DNA of 64,000 nucleotides, taken from an uncultured Chloroflexia bacterium. Lineage in GTDB: Bacteria; Chloroflexota; Limnocylindria; QHBO01. The notes below the pieces were generated by a model. The model was given only the letters and a program-made list of their open reading frames with translations, did no database searches and had not been told where the DNA came from. This document shows positions 11,148 through 19,947 of this stretch, piece after piece; positions within the stretch are counted from its first letter, which is position 1; every line of letters begins with the position of its first letter. The DNA lies in NCBI GenBank assembly GCA_963814375.1, contig CAWFCQ010000008.1, forward strand, positions 128,001 through 192,000. The letters are read 5' to 3'. A program made the translations under genes and the position numbers.

Positions 11148-12314
11148 ATGACTGACGAAGCGACCCAGCGCCTGGACGAGGGCCGGCGCCTCCTCGACTC
11201 GGGCGACCCCGAAGCGGCGCTGACGATCCTGGCGCCGCTGGCGGCTCACCCAGATCCCGAGCTCGCCGGTGAGGCGTGGCTGCTCACCGGAACCGCCCGC
11301 TACCGGATGGATGACGAGCCGGGCGCCAAAGCCGCCTGGCAGGCGGCGGCGGAGCGTGGAGGCAGCAGCGCCTGGCTCGGATGGCGCAGCGTCGCCGAGC
11401 AGCAGGTGCGTGATGGCGAGATCGAGGCCGCGATAGCCTCCTATCGCGAGGCTGATCGCCGGGCGCCGGCGGCCGAGCGGGGTGCGATCGCCAATCGCAT
11501 CGCCTGGCTCCTCAAGGAAACCGGCCATGACTTCGCCGCGCGGAGGCAGTTCAACCGAGCCCGCGGGGCATACGGCTCCCAGACTCCGATCGTCACCTAT
11601 GCCCTCATCTCGATGTGCGTCGTCCTCTTCGGCATCGACGTCATCCTCAGCCAGGGCGCGACGCTGGGTGGCGGCTTCTTCGGGGGTGTCGGCCCGATCG
11701 GTCAGCAGCACCTCATCAGCGCCGGGGCAGTCGCGGAGGGTGAGTGGTGGCGCATCTTCACCAGCGCCTTCATCCACCTGGGGCCGATTCACCTGGCCTT
11801 CAACATGTACGTGCTGTTTCTGTACGGCCCGCTCGTCGAGCGCATGTACGGGCACGTGGAGTTCGCCGCGATCTACCTGCTCTGCGCAGCGGGCGGCAGC
11901 GTGCTGACGATCCTCGTCGACCCTGCCCAGTCGGCGGCCGGAGCGTCGGGGGCCATCTTCGGCCTCATCGGCCTCCTCTTCGTCGTCTCTCGGCGGCATC
12001 ACACCGTCCTCGGACGGGAGGCTCGCAGCATGGTCGCCGGGATCGGCAGCTACCTGATGTTCCTGCTCGTCTTCACCTTCCTCGTCCCGGGCATCAGCTG
12101 GACCGGGCACGTCGGCGGCCTCGTGGTCGGTGCGACCCTCGGGTTCCTCCTGCCGCCCACCGGGGTTGCCACCATGGCCGGCATGTGGCGCACGCCCAGC
12201 GGCGAGCGGCTGATGGGCGCGATGCCGCGGCCGGTGCGCGCCGCGATCTACGCTGCGGTGGGCCTCCTGCTCGCGGTCGGGTCGTACGTGGCAATCGAGC
12301 GGCTGGTGGGGTAG
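11148..12314 (+). CDS. Rhomboid family intramembrane serine protease with N-terminal TPR-like repeats
   Basis: EWWRIFTSAFIH, HLAFNM, GASGAIFG (catalytic Ser), GHVGG (catalytic His); about 140-aa helical TPR-like N-terminus. Confidence 0.88.
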   Translation: MTDEATQRLDEGRRLLDSGDPEAALTILAPLAAHPDPELAGEAWLLTGTARYRMDDEPGAKAAWQAAAERGGSSAWLGWRSVAEQQVRDGEIEAAIASYREADRRAPAAERGAIANRIAWLLKETGHDFAARRQFNRARGAYGSQTPIVTYALISMCVVLFGIDVILSQGATLGGGFFGGVGPIGQQHLISAGAVAEGEWWRIFTSAFIHLGPIHLAFNMYVLFLYGPLVERMYGHVEFAAIYLLCAAGGSVLTILVDPAQSAAGASGAIFGLIGLLFVVSRRHHTVLGREARSMVAGIGSYLMFLLVFTFLVPGISWTGHVGGLVVGATLGFLLPPTGVATMAGMWRTPSGERLMGAMPRPVRAAIYAAVGLLLAVGSYVAIERLVG

Positions 12315-12319
12315 CGAAC

Positions 12320-12751
12320 GTGCGAGGATTGGCCGCGGCCGGATGTCTCCTCGTCGTCCTTGCGGGCTGCGCGACCGAGCCGCCGACGCCCAGCGGATCG
12401 GCTGTCTTCTTCCCCCGCCATGACTCGCCGCTCGGGACCGGCGAAGCGGCGCTGCTCGAGGGCAGGGCGAGATTCGCCGACGGCTGCCTCTGGGTAGTGA
12501 CCGAAGCGGGCGACCGGTTCCTGCTGCTGTGGCCCGCCGATACGGAGCTCGGGTTGCTCAACAGCCAGCCGGCGGTCTTCGGCCCTGACCGTGCGCTGCT
12601 GTACGAGGTAGGGGACATCGCCGACGATATCTACGGAATCGGCGGCAGCGAGACGACGCCGGAGATCGCCCAAGAGCTCGTCGGCGAGATCCCGGAGCCC
12701 TGCGCTCGCGACTCGTTCTGGGTGGTGTCGGAGGTTGTGGACGGACCCTGA
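12320..12751 (+). CDS. Hypothetical lipoprotein
   Basis: GTG start VRGLAAAGCLLVVLAGC lipobox; GCL...LLWP motif; C-terminal Cys. Confidence 0.6.
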   Translation: MRGLAAAGCLLVVLAGCATEPPTPSGSAVFFPRHDSPLGTGEAALLEGRARFADGCLWVVTEAGDRFLLLWPADTELGLLNSQPAVFGPDRALLYEVGDIADDIYGIGGSETTPEIAQELVGEIPEPCARDSFWVVSEVVDGP

Positions 12752-12778
12752 GGCACGCGACGTGCGATCCTGACCGGC

Positions 12779-13549
12779 ATGTGCTTTGACACCGACGCCC
12801 GACCTCCGCTCCCCCCGATTCGCGGCGGGGCAATCGACGCCAGATCCGTGACGCTGACGAGCCGCGACGGGACCTCCGTCCCGGCTCATGCCGCCCGAGC
12901 CGAGAGGCCGAGCGGGGCGGGGATCGTCATCATCCCCGACGTCCGCGGGCTGCATCCGTACTACGAGGAGCTCACGATGCGCTTCGCCGAAGCCGGCGTC
13001 GACGCGGTGGGCATCGACCTCTACGCCCGCACGGCTGGCAGCGAGGTCCGCGCCGAAGGATTCGAGTACGAGCCGCACGTGACCCAGCTCGACACCGGGA
13101 CCGTGAACGACGACGTCGCCGCCGCGATCGACCATCTGCGCACGACAGAAGGGGGAGCGCCCGAGCGCCTCTACACCGTCGGGTTCTGCCTTGGTGGGCG
13201 TGTCAGCCTCCTCCAAGCAGCGTCCGGCCACGGGCTGGCGGGCGTCATCGGCTTCTATCCGTGGCCGGTCGGGCCGCACCGCAGCGGTCTGCCGGCCCCG
13301 GCGGACGAGGCACCCGCCTTCGGCTGCCCGGTGCTCACGCTGTACGGCGGGACGGATGCCGGCATCCCGGCCGAGACGCGTGAGGCGTTCGACCGCGCCC
13401 TCGACGCGGCGGGGGTGGAGCACCGCACCATCCTCTACGAGGATGCGCCCCACTCGTTCTTCGATCGCAAGGCGACCGACTTCGCCGATGCCAGCGCCGA
13501 CTCGTGGCGCCAGGTGCTCGACTTCATGAAGGTGGCGTCGACACCGTAG
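12779..13549 (+). CDS. Dienelactone hydrolase family protein
   Basis: PDVRGL, nucleophile GFCLGG, YGGTD, APHSFFD (catalytic His). Confidence 0.9.
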   Translation: MCFDTDARPPLPPIRGGAIDARSVTLTSRDGTSVPAHAARAERPSGAGIVIIPDVRGLHPYYEELTMRFAEAGVDAVGIDLYARTAGSEVRAEGFEYEPHVTQLDTGTVNDDVAAAIDHLRTTEGGAPERLYTVGFCLGGRVSLLQAASGHGLAGVIGFYPWPVGPHRSGLPAPADEAPAFGCPVLTLYGGTDAGIPAETREAFDRALDAAGVEHRTILYEDAPHSFFDRKATDFADASADSWRQVLDFMKVASTP

Positions 13550-13565
13550 GCAGACGCCGGCCGGG

Positions 13566-14012
13566 TCAGCCTTCCGATCCCTCCAGCAGGGCGATCAGCG
13601 CCTCGGTCGCGGCGTCCACCTCGTCCGGTGGCGCCAGCTCGTCGATCAGCCGAGTCACGGTCGCGAAGCCCTCCTGCAGCGCGGCGGCACGCTCCGGGGC
13701 GAGGGCGTCAAGCGGGGCAGCGACTGACTCGACCGCCGCGCTGGCGCGCGCCACGGCCGCCTCCGCCGCCGCGTACTCAGGCTCGCTAACGATCGCGCCG
13801 TCGGGTGCTCCCTCCCGATACTCGATCGCGGCCACCTCGAGCAGCCCACCCGCATCGGTGAGCTCGGCCTGCACCGCCGCCGCCGCCGCGTCGAGGTCGG
13901 GCGGCCGCGTGCCGAAGATGACGTAGCCGGCGAGGAAGCCGACCAGCAGCGCGACCACGGCGAGCCCTGCGGCGAGCGGCCAGGGCGACCGACGCGGACG
14001 ATAGATCGCCAT
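13566..14012 (-). CDS. Membrane-anchored helical protein with EYxE motif (last gene of the iron operon)
   Basis: N-terminal TM; LLEVAAIEYREGAPDGAIVSEPEY resembles a segment of the 17374-18441 lipoprotein; ATG overlaps the upstream stop. Confidence 0.7.
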   Translation of the reverse strand: MAIYRPRRSPWPLAAGLAVVALLVGFLAGYVIFGTRPPDLDAAAAAVQAELTDAGGLLEVAAIEYREGAPDGAIVSEPEYAAAEAAVARASAAVESVAAPLDALAPERAAALQEGFATVTRLIDELAPPDEVDAATEALIALLEGSEG

Positions 14013-16118
14013 CAGGCGGCGCCCAGCAGGACGGCGACGACGTCATCGTCCCCCATGGCGCACTCGGCCAGGACGGCGGACCGGACCTGTGCCGGATCCG
14101 AGATGAGGCCGAGGTCGACCAGCCGAGGCCCGCGCAGGACGCGCACGACGGGCGCCACCGCGATCGGGCCCAGTCGTCGCGATGCACCGTCGATCGCACT
14201 TGCCACCCGAAGCCCCAGCTCCGTCCCGGAGCCCGTCAGGATGGCCGCCTCGCCCTCGGCATCCACCGCGCCGCCGGCGTCCACGACGACGTAGCGCTGC
14301 CGCGCGCCATCCGACCCGGTGACGAAGAGGTGGTGTGGGCCGACGCGGACGAGGCGACGCGCGTCCGGTCCCAGGCGCTCGGTGGCGATGGCCGCAACCG
14401 CCGCATCGGCAAGCTCGACCGACGGCGCGCCGGGGATCGTCAGCGGGCCGTGCGCAGCGACACGCAGCAGCCGACGCTCGGGGTCGGTCTCGGACTCGAT
14501 CTGGAGCGTCTCGGGGTCGGCTCCGGCTTCGATCGCCGCCCGCTCCGCGGCTCGATGCAGCTCCAGGACCCCCGCCGCATCCTGGCTGGCGATCACCCGC
14601 TCGAGCTCGATGCGGACCAGCGAGAGAGCGTCGCCGACCGAGCTGATCACCTCGGCCTCGGCCGGGATCCGCCACGCCAGCCGCCGGCGACGCCCGACCT
14701 CGGGAATGAGCGCCCCCGCGCCGCCGCCGAGGCCGACGAGGTCCGGCTTGGCGAGGCGATGTTCGGCGAGCAGGTCGTCGACGATGGGGGTGACCTTCCC
14801 GGCCGCCGCCTCGAGCGCCTGGAGCGCGAGGCGCTCGCCCGGCTGACCCAGCAGCCGCCCCAGCGCGGCGAACGCTGCCCTTGCCGACGCCGGGTCGCCC
14901 GCCGCGTAGGCGCCGGCCGGGACGCCGTCGACCGCGTTTGCGGCACAGGTCAGGGTGATGGCGAATCGCTCGCCGCTCGGTGTCTCGAGCATCGCGTACT
15001 CGGCGGGGTCGCCCTCGCGGGGCGCGACGAGCCGCGCGACGGCGCCGTCGAGGCGGGCGGCATCGGTGAAGGTGGCGTAGGGAAGGCCGGCGATATGCGC
15101 CGACCGGGGACCGACGTCGGCGATTCGCGAGCGGCCCCAGCGTCGCTCGATGCGCAGCATGCTGCCGCCGCCGATCCCGGCGACACGGACGTCGAGGCTG
15201 CGCACGCAGGTCAGATGGTCGAGCACCCGGACGTAGGCGAGGACCGGTCGCCCGCCCTTGACGATGCTGACATTGGTGCTCGTCCCGCCCACTTCGACCA
15301 CGATCCCGTCGAGGAGCCCGGTGTGCCGCAGTGCGCCGGCGACCGATGCGGCCGGGCCGCTGAAGGCGGTGAGCAGCGGATGGCGCCGCATCGTGCGCAC
15401 GTCGGCCGCACCACCGTCGCCACGCATGACCAGCAGCGGCGCATCGGGTGCCACGCGACGCACCGAGGCGTCGACCACGTCGGCGGTTGCAAGGGCTCGG
15501 GGCAGGATGCCGGCATTGATCGCGGCGGTGACGGTGCGCATCTCGAGGCCGTACATGCCGGTCAGCTCGTGTCCGGCGCAGGCGGGGATCCCGAGCCGTG
15601 CGGCCACGGCGAGCGCCTCCGACTTCGATCGACGGGTCATCGACGCCGAACGCCTCGTTGACGGCCAGGGCCTCCGCGCCCGCGTCGATCAGCCGGCGGA
15701 TGGCGGCTTCCAGCGCGGCCTCATCGGTGCCGTCGGTGACATCGACCACGGCCGACACGGTCTCGAGCCGACGTCCCGGCGCGAGGGCGATCGAGCCGAT
15801 GGCGGTCCGCTTGCGCACGCGGCCGAGATCGGGCCGCCGACCGAGGCCGAGGATGCCCACCCGCGCCGTGTCGCCCTCGAGCAGCGCGTTGACCGCCTGG
15901 GTCGTCGAGTGGGCCACGCTCGAGATCGGCCCTCCGCCGATTGCGGCGACCTCGTCGGCGACGCGCTCGACCGCGGCCGCGACGCCGGCCGCGACGCCGT
16001 CCGGGTCAGCGTGGGTGGTCGGTACGACGGCGCGGGCGACGATCGCCAGCGTCGCGACGTCGCAGGCGACGGCCTTCGTGAACGTGCCGCCAACGTCGAC
16101 GCCGATCCTCACCGCCAT
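14012..16118 (-). CDS. Hydantoinase/oxoprolinase-family (ASKHA ATPase) protein; frameshift near 15620, probably a sequencing error
   Basis: N-part IGVDVGGTFTKA...AHSTTQAVNALLEGD (ORF ending at 16118) joins C-part GHELTG..LEMRTVTAAINA, MRGDGG, SGPAAS, EVGGTSTN, GIGGGS (ORF 14012-15640). Confidence 0.8.
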
Positions 16119-16123
16119 CGGCG

Positions 16124-17377
16124 TCAGCCCGGGGCGCCAGTCGGCTCGGGCGTGGAGGCTCGCGCGGCGCGACGGGGAACGATGACGAACAGCCAGATCG
16201 CGCCGGCGATGTAGACCGCGGCGAGAAGGAGCTGCGCGACGATCGTCTCAAGGGTCGGGTGCCAGCCGGTCAGATCGGCGAGGAAGATCGGCAGGCGTGG
16301 GAGCGACTCGAGGAAGGTGACGGGCAAGAGCGCCGCCTGCTGGAAGGCGCGCACCGTGTTCCCGGCGAACGCCACCGACATCACGATGAGCACGATGACG
16401 GCGACGCCGAGGAACAGCCGGACCGGGATGCGCCGCCCGGCCCGGAACACGGCCCACGCCACGACGCCCAGCGCCGCCGCAGCCACGGCGACGCCGAGCA
16501 GCACGAACGCCTCCAGCCCGCGGGAGAACCCGAAGAGAGCCTGGTAGAAGAGGGCTGTCTCGAGGCCCTCGCGGTAGACCGCCGTGAAGCCGACGCCGAA
16601 GAGAGCGACCATCGAGCCGGTGGCGGCCGCCGCCCACACCCTGGCCTTCACGAACTCCATCCAGCGCCGATGGTCGATCTTCGAGAGCAGCCAGAAGCTG
16701 ACATAGAAGAGGACCGCCACCGCCGCCAGCGCGGTCAGCGCCTCGAGCAGCTCGCGCTGTGCCGGCGCGATCTGGAAGACGGCGCCGATGAGAAAGTAGG
16801 TGGCCACGGTCGCGACGAGCGCCGCGGCGACGCCCATCAGCACGGGCCGTCGATAGGCACGGTTGCGGCTCGCTTCCAGGTAGGCGAGCACGGCTGCCAC
16901 GATGAGGACCGCCTCGATGCCCTCGCGGAAGAGGATGGTGAACGAGAAGAAGGTCGCGATGAGCGGTGCCGCGATTCCCGGCTCGGAGAGGGCGCGCTCG
17001 ACGTCGTCGAGGCCACGCTGGACCTCCGCCGCGGTGGCGCGGACCGTCGCGAGGGGGGCGCCGTCCTCGATCTGGTTGCGGAGGGCGGCAAAGTCCTCCT
17101 CGAGCGCCAGGGTGAGACCCTCGTCGCGGACGCGCAGCGGGATCTCGACGTACTCGAAGTGGTCGAGGTACGCGTTGCGCGCGGTCGTGTAGGCGGCCTC
17201 CGCATCCCCGGCGGCGTACTGCCGCACCGCCTCATCGACCATGAGGCGAGCCACGTCGAGCTCGGCCAGGGCCTCCTCGACGCTGACGTCGGCGGCGTGC
17301 GCCGGCGCCGGCATGCCCGCCGTCAGGGCCACTGCGGTGAGCAGCCCTCCGACGGCGAGCAGGGACCGAAGCCTCAC
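16124..17377 (-). CDS. FTR1-family iron permease with periplasmic N-terminal helical domain
   Basis: Two RExxE motifs (FREGIE, YREGLE), about 7 TMs, signal peptide, AYLDHFEYVE N-domain. Confidence 0.9.
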   Translation of the reverse strand: MRLRSLLAVGGLLTAVALTAGMPAPAHAADVSVEEALAELDVARLMVDEAVRQYAAGDAEAAYTTARNAYLDHFEYVEIPLRVRDEGLTLALEEDFAALRNQIEDGAPLATVRATAAEVQRGLDDVERALSEPGIAAPLIATFFSFTILFREGIEAVLIVAAVLAYLEASRNRAYRRPVLMGVAAALVATVATYFLIGAVFQIAPAQRELLEALTALAAVAVLFYVSFWLLSKIDHRRWMEFVKARVWAAAATGSMVALFGVGFTAVYREGLETALFYQALFGFSRGLEAFVLLGVAVAAAALGVVAWAVFRAGRRIPVRLFLGVAVIVLIVMSVAFAGNTVRAFQQAALLPVTFLESLPRLPIFLADLTGWHPTLETIVAQLLLAAVYIAGAIWLFVIVPRRAARASTPEPTGAPG

Positions 17378-18441
17378 TCGTGATCCTCTCCGTGCCCGAG
17401 TGCCACGAGCGCCTCGTCCAGCAGCCCGCGGGCCTGCTCGACCATCGCCTCGATCTCCGAGAGCGGGGCGTCCTCGAGGATCGCAGCGCGCAGGTCGGCG
17501 CCCAGGAGCGGCTCGAGCTCCTCGTTGATCTCCGGAGCCGCGGCGATCACATCGGCTTCGATCACTTCGTAGTTCTCGAGGTAGGCCTCCGCGGCGAGCT
17601 CGGCGGCCGCCTCGCGGTCACCCTCCTCGACCAGGACGAGGATCTCGTCCAGAAGCCGGTTGATCTCCTCGACCACGGCGACCGGGTCCGACTCGGTCAC
17701 CGCAAGGGCGCCGACGGTCTCCTCCAGCTCGTGGCCGATGAGGGCCGCGGCCGCGACGACATCCTCGACGGTGGCCAGGGTCGCGGGAGCGTTGGGGCTC
17801 GGCAGCGCGCTGGCAAGCACCTCGAACGCTTCCTCGATCTCCTCCGCCTCCTCGGCGGCGGCAGACTCGACCTCGCCCGCGATGGTGTCGTAGCGGGCTC
17901 GCGCCTCGAGCGTGAAGCCGTAGGCGTCCTGGAACTCGGCGAGGTTGACGAGCTCGCCGTCGATGACCGCCTCCTCGTACTCGTGGCCGACGGTGTTGAG
18001 GAGCGAGGCGATCACCGAGCCAATGTAGGCCGGATCATCGGCGAGGTCACCTGCAAACGCCGCCTCGGCGGTCGCGACCTCCTCGAAGGCCGTGTCGATC
18101 GCATCGGCCGCCCCATCCTCGCCTACGGCATCGCTCGCGGCCTGGAGGTCGGTCGCCAACGCGTCGACATCGGCCCCGGCCTCCTCGAGGTCGCCCCGCA
18201 CGACGTCGAGCAGCTCCGCCGCCGGGTGCCCGGTGTGCACCGCGGCGCCGTCGATGTCGCCCGCGGCCTCGAGCTCGGTGGCGACCCGCAGGTGCCCGCG
18301 CATCTGCGCCATGGCCGCCCCGATTGCCACGGTTTCGGCGTCGAGAGCGGCTCCCTGGGAAGGGGACGCGCCCGGTGACGCGCCACAGGCGGCAAGGGCA
18401 AGGCTGATGGCGGCGGCCGACACGGCACGGCGAACGAACAA
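17374..18441 (-). CDS. Acidic His/Glu-rich lipoprotein, putative iron-binding
   Basis: TTG start after GGGAG; lipobox LAAC; RGHL, HTGHPAAE, HEYEEA, EFQDAYGF, AYLENYEVIE motifs. Confidence 0.75.
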   Translation of the reverse strand: MFVRRAVSAAAISLALAACGASPGASPSQGAALDAETVAIGAAMAQMRGHLRVATELEAAGDIDGAAVHTGHPAAELLDVVRGDLEEAGADVDALATDLQAASDAVGEDGAADAIDTAFEEVATAEAAFAGDLADDPAYIGSVIASLLNTVGHEYEEAVIDGELVNLAEFQDAYGFTLEARARYDTIAGEVESAAAEEAEEIEEAFEVLASALPSPNAPATLATVEDVVAAAALIGHELEETVGALAVTESDPVAVVEEINRLLDEILVLVEEGDREAAAELAAEAYLENYEVIEADVIAAAPEINEELEPLLGADLRAAILEDAPLSEIEAMVEQARGLLDEALVALGHGEDHE

Positions 18442-18483
18442 TTCGGTCTCCCTGGATCTCGGATGGGGTGGCTGCAAACGCGA

Positions 18484-18503
18484 GTTAGGCTAGCCTAACC
18501 CCT
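18484..18503. promoter_or_regulatory. DtxR/IdeR-type iron box
   Basis: Perfect 16-bp palindrome GTTAGGCTAGCCTAAC (18484-18499). TTAGGCTAGCCTAACCCCT matches consensus TTAGGTTAGCCTAACCTAA at 15/19. It lies about 43 bp upstream of the FTR1 operon start. Confidence 0.75.
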
Positions 18504-18651
18504 GAGGTTCGTCAACGCGAACTACCGACCGTCTAGTCGGAATTGGCCACCGCCTCGACCCGATACGTCTGCCACGGCTCCGGCAGGCCCTTCTGCCGCC
18601 TCGGGCGCATCGGTCTAGAATCAGCAGCCCCGCCCACCCCACGGAGTACCG

Positions 18652-19848
18652 ATGATCGACTTTTCGCTGACCGATGCGCAGCGGGAGGTGCAGCGCACCG
18701 CGCGCGCCTTCTCCGAGCGCGAGATCTTGCCGCGCATCCAGGAGCTCGACGCGAGCTCGACGTACGACCGCTCGCTGTACGAGAAGATGGGCGCCGAGGG
18801 TCTGCTGGGCCTTCCGATCCCCGAGAAGTACGGCGGCGCCGGGATGGACTACATCGCCTTCGCGCTGCTGTGCGAGGAGATGGAGCGCGCCGACACGGCG
18901 TTCCGCGTGATCCTCTCGGTGCACACCGGGCTGAACTCGCTGACGCTGCTCCAGTGGGGGAGCGAGGAGCAGAAGCAGAAGTACCTCGCTCCGCAGGCGC
19001 GCGGCGAGAAGCTCGCCACCTTCGGCCTCACGGAGCCGGGTGTTGGCTCCGACGCGGCGAACCTCGCGACCACGGCGCGGCGGGATGGCGACCGCTACAT
19101 CCTCAACGGCAGCAAGATCTGGATCAGCCTGGCCGATACGGCCGATCATTTCCTGGTCTTCGCCAACGTCGATCGTTCGCAGGGGCACAAGGGCATCACC
19201 GCCTTCATCGTCGAGCGGTCGTTCCCCGGCTTCAGCTCCGAGTCGCTGCACGGCAAGCTCGGCGTGCGCGCCGGCAACACCGGAATCCTGACCTTCTCCG
19301 ACTGCGAGGTCCCCGCCGCCAACCGGGTCGGCGAGGAGGGGGAGGGCTTCACGATCGCGATGAGCGCCATCGACCAGGGCCGCTACACCGTGGCCGCGGG
19401 AAGCGTCGGCCTGGCCCAGGCGTGCCTCGACGCATCGGTCAAGTACGCGCACGAGCGAAGGACGTTCGGCTCCGAGATCGGCGAGCACCAGCTGGTCAAG
19501 CAGATGATCTCGAAGATGGAGCAGGGCACCCAGGCCGGGCGACTGCTGGTGTGGAAGGCGGGCTGGATGAAGAACCGGGGAGAGCGCAACACGCGCGAGA
19601 CCTCGCTGGCGAAGTGGTTCTGCACCGACCACGCGGTCGCATCGGCCATGGACGCGATCCAGGTCCACGGCGCGTACGGCTACTCGAACGAGTACCCGGT
19701 CGAGCGCTACCTGCGCAACTCCAAGGGATCGGTCATCTACGAGGGCACCTCGCAGATCCACACCCTCATGCAGGCCGATTACGTCCTCGGCTACCGCAAG
19801 GACAAGCCGCTGCGGATGCCCCAGCTTCCCTACGAGGGCGAGATGTAG
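18652..19848 (+). CDS. Acyl-CoA dehydrogenase
   Basis: FGLTEPGVGSDA, LNGSKIWIS, GKLGVRA, AIQVHGAYGY, IYEGTSQI. Confidence 0.93.
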   Translation: MIDFSLTDAQREVQRTARAFSEREILPRIQELDASSTYDRSLYEKMGAEGLLGLPIPEKYGGAGMDYIAFALLCEEMERADTAFRVILSVHTGLNSLTLLQWGSEEQKQKYLAPQARGEKLATFGLTEPGVGSDAANLATTARRDGDRYILNGSKIWISLADTADHFLVFANVDRSQGHKGITAFIVERSFPGFSSESLHGKLGVRAGNTGILTFSDCEVPAANRVGEEGEGFTIAMSAIDQGRYTVAAGSVGLAQACLDASVKYAHERRTFGSEIGEHQLVKQMISKMEQGTQAGRLLVWKAGWMKNRGERNTRETSLAKWFCTDHAVASAMDAIQVHGAYGYSNEYPVERYLRNSKGSVIYEGTSQIHTLMQADYVLGYRKDKPLRMPQLPYEGEM

Positions 19849-19947
19849 GGGGGGGGGGTTCCGGGCGGAGGTTTTCGGCGGCCTGGGGCAACGGGCTGAG
19901 CGAGGGCTCCGCGTGCGTGCGCCTCCTGCGCTCGCTTCGCCCGGGGG

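Noticed and set aside
14012-16118. Programmed frameshift or genuine two-gene split in the hydantoinase
   Set aside because: No slippery heptamer is evident, and similar single indels are scattered through unrelated genes, favouring sequencing error.
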